NCBI RefSeq assembly: GCF_009914755.1 | Contig: NC_060925.1 | DNA from: the human T2T-CHM13v2.0 reference genome, Homo sapiens | Strand: one strand, 5' to 3' | DNA: 64,000 nucleotides | Notes under the pieces: model-generated | Told to the model about the DNA's origin: nothing | Databases searched by the model: none | What the model saw: the letters and a program-made list of their open reading frames with translations, nothing else | Position numbers and translations under genes: made by a program | Shown here: in pieces, positions 1 to 13,910 of the stretch | How the letters are laid out: every line of letters starts with the position of its first letter | How positions within the stretch are numbered: the stretch's first letter is position 1

Positions 1-973
1 ATCACAGAAGAAAACAAAAGTCTCTGGCAACTGTTCCGAGCATCTTTGCTTCATCAAATCTAGTTTCTGTAGAGTTGCAGGAAGGGGTCTAAATAAGAAT
101 GTTCACACTGTTGCCTTAACTTTCAGAGCAGTTAAAATCTGCCAGTGCTTTGATGATAGGGCAGAGGGAAATAATTAAGTTCAGACTACCTTTGTATTTC
201 TTACCCTGAAGGTATTCAATGAGTTTAAGCAAACTTCCCTGTTTCCCTTGTGTTTATTCATTCCAGAAGAACTGTTTCTACAAATTATATATAATTACTC
301 ACTCCTGGTCAAAGGTGAGAGGGAAATTAGCATCACAATGGCAAGTTTTCTCTCTGGGTGTCGCCAGCTCACTAACTTCCATGGATGATTTGAGTGTGTT
401 AAGCCCCTGCTTACTAGCAGGAAAGTTCAGCAGAGCCCATGAGTGAGGACAGCATTAACAATTCCTAATCATAGACAAGCATTTCAGACATTCATTACCA
501 CACAAGCCATCAGTGGATTAGATCTAATAAGCCAAATGCTTGCAGACCTCAGCCTGGAGGCTGCTTAGACTACTCAAAGTAATGCAGAATCAAAATTGGC
601 CCGCAGTGCGCTCCGCCTTCTTTTGAAACAACTGCTCTGCTTTTGTTGAAATGGACTGAATGAAACAAGCAGAATGGTCCCTATCTCCTTATAAGGGGGT
701 GTTAGGAACTGAGTTGAACAACAATAGACTGACACATTTGGGGTTTAGTATTCTTTTTGGTTAGAGACCATAGGAAATGATGTAGTGTTTCAACTCAATA
801 AAACATCTTAAAACTGAAAACTGCGTTGTTAGAGGAGGCAGACTTTGCGGGGGTGGAGGGGGGAAGTGGGGGAATAGGGATGATTTCTTCATGATTTAAA
901 AGAAGGAAAATAACTCATCTTTTTCAGTAAGAAGAATTTGCAAAATATTCTTCCAGAAAAAAAATAAAAAACT

Positions 974-1001
974 ACACACACACACACACACACACACACA
1001 C
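974..1001. repeat. (CA)n microsatellite
   Basis: Uninterrupted AC dinucleotide run of about 14 units. Confidence 0.97.
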
Positions 1002-3011
1002 GAATCTCTGAGATAGTTGCCAAGTACTTCTCTGAAACCACGTGAATTTTTCTCTCGTGCATTTGTCAGCCTGACTCCAAACCATTTTATTCTTTCCTCA
1101 TTTCTCGTCTCTGTTCAGTCTGTTTTTGGTTAGTTGCTTCTTGGCATAGCTTCCGTTGGAGCTGAGAGTGCCTGTTCTTTTTTCTTCTTTTTTTCCTTTT
1201 CCTTTTCTTTTCTTTTTAAAAAACTTCTCTTTTGGTGTTCTTTCTTCTGGGCTCTATAGTGACTCTGCAAAAATTACCAAGATCAGAGCAAATAGAGTCT
1301 CTGGAGCCCACGCTGTCTGACTCCATCAAACCTGTATACAGCGTAGAAGGAGCCAGGCTCCAAAGAGTGGCACCGAGACATGTTTGGGAATAGAAATGCA
1401 TGCCGCCTTTGACCACTTCTCTGTGAGAGTCTGCAGCTTTCCCAAAACCTTCTTTGTGAACAGACTTACTCAACACTGCCATGTTGTGTGGAGGACTTCC
1501 CTCAGAAGAATCCTTTGAGTTACTTTTTAAGAATTAGTTTTTAGACACCCATAGAATAGAAGTTTCTATATTCATTTATTTACTGAACTATGTTATGTTT
1601 TATTGGAACTCTTTTTAACTGGCCTTGTCACAGTATGTTTTGACTTGTGGAAAAACGAAAAGTACAGTCACACTAGCTATGTAACCACATATAGCCCTAA
1701 AAAAATGCTTGCTTTTTCTAAATCTAAGCAAACAATTTTGCATCTATACCTTTGTATATATATGGAGTAAGTTTTAAAGGGCATCATGAATATTATTCTG
1801 TACTATAAAGTGAAACACACTGTCAGGGTACATCTTTGTCCTCATCCTTCTTGTTTGGGGAACTTGAATGGATTTAAGGTGGTGTTATTATTTTCACTAA
1901 TGTGTGATTAGACTTCAGAATGACTAACACCAGAAAATACTCATAAGTGTGCTTCAAATTAGCATGTAAGAAAAATAAGGCAAAGTCAATTTCTCTAACA
2001 AATTGAGAGTTAGTTAAACTTGAATTAGCCCTGTAGTCTAATAGGACAGTAGAAACTGAACTATTTCTTCCTGTCTAGACCTGCTCAAGTTCATGGACAG
2101 TCTGTATTTTTGAAAAACTTACCCGTGCAGCAGGAAGCTCACTCTATCTTCAGGTCACACTTAAAATGAAGAGATTCTTTTCCTGTATCAGAAAATTATT
2201 TTCAGAGATGTGAAACACAGGGCTATTTGCTGATGATGTGCATGGGATTTATGAACAAAATCAAAATTCTATAGAATTATGTATAGAGTTTTTAAAAATA
2301 GCATGTTAGTTTCAGGAACCAAAAATAAAGAAATTAACACACACAAGTGCAAAGACTGATGTGGGAGAAAATTACCTCAAGATATAAGAAAAGAGATGTG
2401 AACTGGAATGACTTGGTTTGGCTACCTGTAAGGAAAAATGTCCAAACTTTCCTGTCTTTAGTTATGCAGCCTGGAGAATGTCATTTCAATCACTTCTGCA
2501 GTTGCTCCACTGAGGACTTTTGAAATGCTCCTTGTCTACAGATGACAGGCTCCCTCAGCAGAGAGGGAACAGAGCTTGTGGCTGTATCTACATGATTCCA
2601 AACATCTGGATTAAAAACTGAAAACATGAGGCCTGTGCCTCGATGATTTTCAAACACCTTGCTTTTGGCATTGTAAAGGGAAACAATCCAGATAGCTGGC
2701 TAGATGTTTCAGTTTTCATTCTGATATTTGTCATTGTGAAATTATAGTCGATGACTAGATAAATGTATGTTCTCTCCACCAAAAGAAGAAAAAAGTTATA
2801 CATGTATACAATAGCTGGTCCAAGAGAAGTAAATTATAAAAAAAACCTTACAGCTAAATCACGGTGCCATGGTCACCTATGTGTCCTTATACACAAACAC
2901 ATAAACACACACGTATGTACACACATGCTTAAACGCCGACAAAAAAAATCCAGCTAGACCAGACTTCCTTCTCTATTTTCAGTTATTTGATGAGATATTT
3001 CAAGTTTACAT

Positions 3012-3119
3012 ATTTACGAAGAGAAATCATGTATTTCTGCAGTTTTATTCTCAGAGGAGCTTCAACCAGATAGCGCCTATGAGAATAAAGTGGCAAATAC
3101 ATGATTTCTCTTTGTAAAT
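3012..3119. repeat. Long imperfect inverted repeat / hairpin
   Basis: 3012-3036 is the reverse complement of 3095-3119 (24/25, one G-T pair); 3044-3061 pairs with 3072-3089 (16/18); 10-nt loop. Confidence 0.92.
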
Positions 3120-4712
3120 CAGCAAACCATTTTTCCTTCTATTACTTGTATTGCTGTGGTTTTAGTTATGTGCAGAATATATTTTAAAGGAACTGCTCAA
3201 GTTCATAATGCTCTGAATCTCTGTTATCTTAGTGATCATGTGGATGCTGAAATACAGTAAATCAATGTGCAAAAAAAATTCTAGCTTTAGTTTCTAAAAT
3301 ATTCTTAACTTTTTACAGTTAAGTAAAAATACAGATCCAAAAATATGTGATTCATAATCTTAAATTAATGGATCCAAAATCAAGATGATGAGAATATCTT
3401 TTGTTTTGGTAGCATGATATATTTGCCAAGTGACTTACCTTGATTTTTATTAATTAGGAAATGGAGAAATGAGGGAATGCATTGAAAGTGAAGAACTACA
3501 TTACAGTTGACTTTTTAAAAATGGATTTTAATGATTTCTAAAATAAACGGAAAAGGAAATATTTAAACTGTTTGAGAAAAGCTGCTTTCAAGAGGCACAT
3601 AGTATATACTACGGACTTTTTCCATGAGACCGGCATTCTCAGAAATTCTCCTGGCTATAAGCATATTCATAAAGCTCTGATCAGTAGAGACATATTTGTC
3701 ACATCCTATCTTGTTATCATCTCAGTCATTCATTTTTCAGCAATAATTCCTCCTCCTATTTCCTCAGTTTTTAAGGGCAACTGCCTCTAGATTATACATA
3801 TATAAATGGTATTCATTTCCAAGATATTTAATGTCATAAATAACGTCATTTTAAGATTAGAAAGAACTGGCATTTTCAAGACAATGCCCTTGAATTATCA
3901 ATGCAAAGACATATGTGCTTAAGTAAAATTGTAATTATATGGGGTTATCTATGAAGTTATAAATTACAGTGTTTGAGAAAACATTTGAAATGAGTGCTGA
4001 GAAACTGTACAATTAAATACAAATGGAAGGCCTTTGAACATGTTCAGATTAGTGTAAATGGCTTCACAGATATAGATTTCATGTTTTTGTTTTAATAGCA
4101 ATAAAATATTTTGTTTGTGTACATTCATTTTAAAACCGTTTTAAAAGCATAGCATATATAACATTTATGCACATGTTTACCATACATTTAAAGAGAGATT
4201 TTAATGAGGCATGGCTGGAAATCCATAAAGGTTTGCATGTCAACACTAGTTCCATTATAGAAAATATTTTCCTTCCCCTATTTCATTTCTAAAAATATAA
4301 AATGTCTGGTGAGTATGGAGGGCAAGAGAGAAGAAGTGCTTTGAATAAATATATACAGATTTTGAAGGTGGATTGACTTTCTTTCTCTCCTTTTTCCTTA
4401 TTCTTTCTACCGAGAAAAGAATAAATGCATTTGTGGCAAAATTACACAGAAAAGATGTAGGATGCAACGTCACAACAGTGATAATGTAGGGATGCTGTTA
4501 GCAGCTCAGCACTCCTCTAACACTTGGGGACCTTTAGCACATCTTCGGCATATTTGCTAAGTTGGATAAATTTTTGAAAATGTACTTGTTAAAACTTCAG
4601 AATGTAGAGTTTTGTAATTTTGCACAAGGAAAATTAAATTGGTTGCAAACTAAATATTGTTATAGAAGACAAATGTATAAAAACCAAAAGCCAGGAAGGC
4701 GGGAAGGGGAAA

Positions 4713-4792
4713 GGAAGGAAGGAAGGAAGGAAGGAAGGGAGGGAGGGAGGGAGGGAGGGAGGGAGGGAGGGAGGAAGGAAGGAAGGAAGGAA
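4713..4792. repeat. Compound (GGAA)6(GGGA)9(GGAA)5 purine microsatellite
   Basis: Units read and counted directly. Confidence 0.97.
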
Positions 4793-5244
4793 GAGGAGAA
4801 GGAAGACAGGGAGGGAAGCGGGGAAGGAAGAATATATACAATGGGAATAGTATGGAAATAGAGGGAGAAATAACTTGGGGGAAGGTCAAAGAGCACAAAG
4901 TGAAAATCAGGATCAAAAGGGTGTGATAAAAGAATCGGACATAAACTGTAAAATATGGAAACTGAGTAAACATCGCAAATATGCCCTTAACAAACCCCAG
5001 TTCTGCAGGCTCTTCTGCTGCCACACAAAAGTGTATTTTTCAAGAAAATTGGTTACAGCAGTTACCGAGCCTTCCAACAGCAGCATGTAGAAATAAGGCA
5101 GTGAATTTAAAGGGGCTCTTCGCAGAGCTACATTCTATACCTTTCCAGTTCCTGCCCCTTTCTCCTAACCATATGGAATCCATCTCGTTCAAGGACTTAG
5201 ACTAGGAGAGGGGCTTGAGGAAACTAGGGCTGCTGCTGGCTCTT

Positions 5245-5600
5245 TTAACGGCATGCCGTAGGAAAGTTTTATTTCCAATTGATTGGTTACAAATCAGATA
5301 AATATCGCGTCTAATGAAAGCAGCTTTGAACTGCTGGAAATGTTATCTATAGGAGTCTGGGGTTTATCAAAAGTCAAACGTAGCTTTAATCACATCAACA
5401 TGCTAATTACAGGCAAACAATAAAAGCTTTAAGAAATGATTGTGTGGGTTTTATTACTATTGACAGTCACTGAGGTATATTTATTTCGGGAGGTAATTGT
5501 CAGAAGACTTTCTCCAGAAAGACTTGTTTGTATAATTAAGTGCGTGTTATGCAAGCTTATCTGCTGATCGGCTCCTGCTAGTTATGTAGTTCCCCCAATG
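5245..5600. promoter_or_regulatory. Candidate conserved non-coding element / enhancer
   Basis: Non-repetitive block with several TAAT/ATTA cores, AACAAT (~5416), TGACAG (5461), CCAATtgATTGG (5275-5286) and a 12-bp palindrome (5248-5259). Function is inferred only. Confidence 0.35.
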
Positions 5601-8600
5601 CCTCAGAACACAGGAGCAATTAAGAGAAAGGCTCAGGAAGATGGTTTTTCAGTAGTTCATTTGTAAGGGATAAAAAATAAATAAATAAATGAGTGAATAT
5701 GCCCTGAAAAACAGAGTGTACTAGAATAGGAAATGTCACTAAAAATTAATGAATAAGAACAATAAAGAAAAGTAGAAAACTCTTCATAATCAGTGAGGCA
5801 AAAATAGAAAAAAAAATAGAATGGAGCTAATATAGTTTAATTTAGAGTGCAAATTGGGGGATGGGAGGGCAGGAATTTTCTATTTTGTGTACAAAAGATC
5901 ATTCAATGGGATGGGGCAATCCAATCTAAAAATATATATGATGAAAATGAGGCAAAGTGGAAAATAACAATAAATGGCTACATATGCTCCAGTACCACTG
6001 ATTTTATTATTTTATTGTGGATTTATGACATAATTCTCCGAGGTGCCTAATTTAAAAATAAGAGTCTTTAGTTCTAAAAGTTCGGTAACATAATTCCAAA
6101 TCTATACAGCCACAGATGCTTTTCTATCCAAATAAACAACAAAGGCAAATTTACTGTTGCTGCCCTGAACAGTTTTTTTTTTCCAGGCCAGGATGCTTGA
6201 AACATACATTTAAAATATTTTTCCATCTTATTTTTAATGACAGACTGACTGCATTGTGACTGAACTAGAGAGGGAAAAATAAACTTTTCTAACTATAAAC
6301 TATTTTTGTGCCATAAAGAATCATTCAACTCTAAAAGGGAAAAACCCCAATTTAAAAAATATCATTATTATTTTGAAAGGTGTTGGACTGGATTTAATTC
6401 TTTTCATTCCCAAATATTGGCATCAGTTCAGTTTTCATTTCACTGAATGCAATTAAAAATGTGGCAAATCCTTGATCAATTTTTTACCCTTAAACAGGGT
6501 CAGTTCTGAAGTTGTTGTCACATTTTAATGGGTTCAGACTCAGTTTATGCAAGAGACAATCAAATGTTTGCTTTTAAAAGCCCTATAAAAACTAAGAGCT
6601 TTTAACCTTTTGAATGCGTTAATAAAATGCTAATGACATCATGGCCAAGACCACATTTGGAGGTCCCAAAAAATTCCAAATGACTGTTGTGAAAAGAAAA
6701 CAGAATTTTAATCAAATGATCTGTTATTTTAATGGCCACTTACAAAACAGGAGATTTATTGAGAAGCATAAAGTTTGTTTGCATGAGTGAAGGCAAAGCT
6801 TTTAAGAATTACCTTCTGGTTTTCCCCCTCAGTTTCTTGCAACATAATACTACCAAATATTTGTGAATTGTGACTCAAGTCTGCAGTCTTATTTCTCACA
6901 GAAAATAAAAGGGAGGCTGGAGGAAAAAAAAAAAAAAAAGTGGTGCCAATTTGTCTGCCCAGGCTCTGATTATTGGATGCAGAATTTTTTTTTTTTCTTT
7001 CAGGAGAGAAGGATTTGGTGGGAATGTTTCTCCCTTCAGGGTGAGATATCTGATATCCATCCCGAGACCAGTCATAAGGCCAAACTTTCATGCAAAACTG
7101 CACGAGGGGAAAAAAATTAAGCTTTGGGTAAAATTCTCATCTGAATTTGCAGCAGATCTCTAGTTTCCGCTGGGCAATTATGGCTCTTTTTACCATTTCT
7201 GATTGCAAAACACATTGATTATTTTTAAAAGTTATTTCAGATAACTTGAGAACCTTCTATTCTTATCCCCTTCCCCCAACTCTTCCTCCTCTTTGAGTCT
7301 CTGTTCCTCATTTCTTTCTCTCCTGTCTAGAAGTGCTATCCAGTGACCCCTGGTGCTGATTAAAGTTTCTCGGGTGACCCCTGAATGCATTTTATTACAC
7401 TGGCTGATCATAAAACCTGCTTAAACTGCTGGCTTATCCAAACCCCTTCTTCTGTGGAAAGCCCCATAGTCAGTCTAACCTCAGACTGGGAAAACACGAA
7501 CAAGCAAACCAAGGAAGGGCAGAGAAGGCTTGGAGACAATCTTTGTCAATATCAGGGAGCACCCTGGCAGATGGGAAGAAAAAACTTAGACAGACACTTG
7601 GCAAACGTCCTGGAAGAAGTCAATTTAGTACTAATGTAGGTGTAGGTGGGACATGACATGGAAAAGTAGAAACACAGGGAAATAGGTGTTCTGTTCTTTT
7701 CGTAAAATGGATATCACAACATTGAAATAGCTCACAAAGTGAAAGTAAGGCATAACTAACACAGATTAGCATAAGGCATCTTTGGAAACAATGTACTCCT
7801 AAGATGAATACCAGAAAAACATTTGCTTGGCTTCTGGAAGCAACATGAGGTGACTAAAAGCCTTAGTATATTTATGTATTTACTATATCTTGGTAAACAA
7901 AATGCATTATTTTATTTCTATGGCTTAAAGGAAATCAACTTAAGTTAGCTTCAATTTAGCTGTTTGTTTCCTAGGCTGCCAGGTGTTAAAGGGAGACAGA
8001 AATCTGTAATATTCACCATTGTCCATGGATGGAATTTCTGTGGCAGGGATAACGCATAGTAATGCTTGTAGGGGAGGCCAAAGAAGTCAGCATTTGGAAG
8101 GAGAATGGAGCTACTGGGAACCCCAAGTTCCAAGGCCCTGGAATTTCCCTGGTCCTAAAACTGAATGTATACATGTGTGTCAAATCCCATTTGGCATTTG
8201 GACGTAAAAACTGTTTTAAATTCCATTCCCACTGGCAAAGTCTTAAAATAAATCAGCAGGGTTGATTCTGATCCCTGAGCCAGAGTAGAATACGGTCTGG
8301 TTGTTTGCTGAGAGATGTCCATCTGTTTGGTTGTTAGCAAAGTGCTGCCTTTACCTCACAGGCCACAGGATGAAGATCTGAAGCACATCGTTAGCCCCTG
8401 GCAGCTGTCTGGCCAACGTCAGCAGAGATTCACAGAGGCAAAAGGAAGACACACCTTTCCCACATTTCCTTGGTCAGGCCCCCACTGAAATGTGACTGCA
8501 AGGCTAAAACAGGTCCAAACTCTGCCAGAGCCCCTGGCATCCATAATCCCCATGATGACAGAGTCCCAAAGAGCTGGGTATTTTTTCCAGTAGTGCCGTG

Positions 8601-9219
8601 GTCTACAGCCTCAATCATTCTCATACTAGCTAGAATCCTGACTTAGGCAAAATCAAGGGCCCAAAGTGAATCATTGACTTTTTCATTGGCATCTGATAAT
8701 TAAAAAGTGATTTGTGATAGTTAATCTTGTAATGGTTTCCTTTGTTTTTTCAAGTCCTTAGAAAATTTACTGCATCAATCACCCTTTTATTCAAACAAAT
8801 AAATACAAAATAATCATGAATTTAACAATTAGAGACTAGGAGTACCCCCCTTTACCTGTTTATCTTTTTCATGTAGTAACTAAGCAAAACTCAAGCATTC
8901 CTTCAAAGACACTGTTAGGAGAAACTGGTGTGTTTGTCAATACCTATAATGAACTGGTGAGTTATGCTTTATTTATTTCGGTCTTGACCCAATTTAATTA
9001 ATTTAGAGATATTTTCATAGTGGATGATAAATCTGATAGCCACTGATTTAACAAGAATTTTTAGATTTTTCATATGCAACTACTTTCTATGGTTAGAGTA
9101 TATTTTATAGACAGGAATGCTAGGAAGAGTCCGTTAAACACATTATGCCTGAAGAAGCCTACGTCACACTGGGTACAAGACTTTACTAGGTTGCTGTTGC
9201 TGCTGTTGATTAAGATCTA

Positions 9220-9400
9220 CTGACCTAGGCACTTTACAGATGTGAACAGTTCTTACTATAACCCTATGAAATCTACATACTTATTCCCTATTTATAGATG
9301 AGGAAACTAGGGCTTAGAGAAATTAGATAATTGCCTGAGTTCCCATAGCTAGTAAGTGGTAGAGTCAGGAATTTAACCCTGGACAGTCTGATCCTGTGCA
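9220..9400 (-). mobile_element. MIR SINE
   Basis: Reverse MIR core ATAGATGAGGAAACTAGGGCTTAGAGAAATTAG...CCCATAGCTAGTAAGTGGTAGAGTCAGGA. Confidence 0.85.
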
Positions 9401-10389
9401 CTGCCTTTGGTTCCAAGTCACTCCATACTCAACATCCTTAATCAAGTTTGCTGAGTCCCAAACAGAGTTCATATAAGGAAAAGATCTCAGGTGATAAACA
9501 AATATACATTTTATTGATTATTTTATTTTTTCAACATGTTAGGTCTAGTATCTATTTTAAACCACAACACCAGGTAATTTCCTTTATGAAAACTTCCTGA
9601 GTAAACTACCTTATACTCCACTAGATAATTGTATTTATCACCACTTCTTTTCTCAGTGTAATTTTTTTCAACTTTTAAGTTCTATGTATTTTAGTTGATT
9701 ATATGTGGAATGTCTTCTTAAAGGAAATAATACATTTTTCTTTAAATAAGTTTGTTCTGTGCCTTTAGACAGAAGCTCTAAGATAGAAAGCAGGTGCCAT
9801 AAGTTCCAGAACTCCAGACAGGTTGGAGTTCAAGTAGAAGCAGGCAAACAGAAAGGATGGTAGGCCAGAACCAGTAGTTAGTCTTCTATGCATTTGATCC
9901 AAAAAGAAAAATAGTGAGTAAAGTGGTGGGAGTGACAGAGGCAAGCAAGGTAAGATATAAAATGACCAAGTAAACACATTTCTTAGAATCTAGGCTAGAA
10001 AAAGATGTAATGAGGGAAAAGTTATATGTAGGAAAATATTCACAATAGAAAAACTTTAAAAACATTGAAAATGTTCCAAATTGGGAAAATGAGTAACTAA
10101 ACAATGACTCATAATATGAAATATTATACAATTACTAAAGTGATAATATACTATAAAGTGAATAAATTGTAGCAAATGTCTTTACACTATTATTACTCTA
10201 GGTGAAAGGTATATGCAAATGGACAAAGACTGGAAAAGAATGTATAGAACCTTTCAAAGCTGCTCTAACAGGGATATTGGTTAGAAATCCTTTTTCACAA
10301 TTGTTCAATATTTCCATAGTATTGCTATAAAGCTTTAATTATACAATACAATATATACAATATAGTAAACAATAATATATTTACTATGC

Positions 10390-12446
<2,057 letters not shown>

Positions 12447-12689
12447 ATCATATTTACTTTACAAAAAGTCTTAACATTTATTCACATAATTTCCATTATT
12501 GATGCTCTTCATCCCTTTATTTAGATCCAGATTTCCATCTGGACTAGTTTCTTGTAATGTGGGTCTGATGGTGATAAATTCTTTCAGATTTTGTGTCTGA
12601 AAATGTCTTTATTTCACTTTTGATTTTGAAAGATATTTTGACTGAATAAAGAATTCTGTGTTTGACAGGTTTATTTTTTCCTTTCAGTA

Positions 12690-13291
12690 CAGTCATGCAC
12701 TGCATAACAATGTTTCAGTCAACAACAGACTGCATATAAGATGGTGGTCCCATAGATTATAATGAAGCTGAAAAACTATCATCTAGTGATGATGTCATAG
12801 TGAAACACATTACTCGTGTTTGTGGTGCTGCTGGTGTAAGCAAATCTGCTTTATAAACTTTATAAAGTAAAAAGATTATAGAAAGCTAAGGCTAATTTAT
12901 TATTGAAGAAAGATAAGTATTTTAAAATACTCACCCAGAGAAACTTCCAGTCCTGCAAGCTTCATTTATGGTAAGTGCTCTCTACAGATGTGCTATTTTA
13001 AAAATCTTTTCTCCTGTATTTTTACTGTATCTTTATCTTTTCTCAGTTTGAATATGTTTAGATGCACAAATACTTATCATTGCATTACAGTTGTCTATGG
13101 TGTTCAGTACAGTAACATACTGCACAGGTTTGTAGTCTAGGAGCAGTAAGTTATGCCATATAGCCTATGTGTGTAATAGACTATACCATCTAGGTTTGTA
13201 TAAGTGCACTCTGTGATGTTCACACAATGACAAAACCCCCTAAAAATGCATTTCTCAGATTGTGTCACCATTGTTGAATGATGCATTATTG
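12690..13291 (+). mobile_element. Tigger3 (Golem)-family non-autonomous TcMar DNA transposon
   Basis: Termini CAGTCATGCACTGCATAAC... and ...TGATGCATTATTG, TA on both sides, Tigger3-like internal sequence. Confidence 0.88.
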
Positions 13292-13545
13292 TAATTTAAA
13301 GATGTTGCTCCACTGCCTTTTCACTTTCATTACTTTGATGAAAATGTACTATCATCCTTATGGTTGTTCCTTTGTAGGTAATATGCCTTCTTTGGCTGCT
13401 TTAAGATTTTTTTCTATTATTATTTTGAAGAAATTTAAGTATGATAGTTCTTGGTGTAATTTTCTTCATTTGTTTAGCTTTTTGGATCTGTAAGCTTATA
13501 GTTTTCATTCAATTTGGAACTGTTTTGGTCATTATTTTGGCATCA

Positions 13546-13910
13546 CAGTGTCCCTCCATATCTGCTGGTTCTACATCTAAGTGTTCAATCAACTGAAGAT
13601 AAAAAGAACAATAAAAATAATAATACAACAATAAAAAAGAATACAAATGAAAAACAATACAGTATAACAACTATTTGCATAGTATTTACATTGTATTATA
13701 TTATATATCTAATATATATTGTATTATATTAGTTAATATAATGTAAATTACTTATAATATGGAGATGACTTAAGTGTATGGGAGAATGTGCATAGGTTAT
13801 ATGCAAATACTATGACATTTTATATAAGATACTTGAGAATTCTTAGATTTTTGGTATCTTAGTAGGGATTTCTGAATAGAGAAATCTCCTCGGATACAGA
13901 GGGATGACTG
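13546..13910 (+). mobile_element. MER2/MER2B (Tigger-type MITE)
   Basis: TIRs CAGTGTCCCTCCATATC... and ...GGATACAGAGGGATGACTG followed by TA; MER2 core GTGCATAGGTTATATGCAAATACTA. Confidence 0.9.

Noticed and set aside
1216-1482. 88-aa ORF in unique sequence
   Set aside because: No recognisable protein similarity, it runs into a low-complexity tract, and its length is within chance expectation.
2123-2159. Possible 37-nt minus-strand exon (TTTTAAG|...CGG|GTAAGT)
   Set aside because: Weak AAG acceptor, stop codons in all three frames, and isolated splice-like motifs are frequent by chance.
4562-5024. Overlapping ORFs with EGGR/LPPS repeats
   Set aside because: They are translations of the GGAA/GGGA microsatellite.
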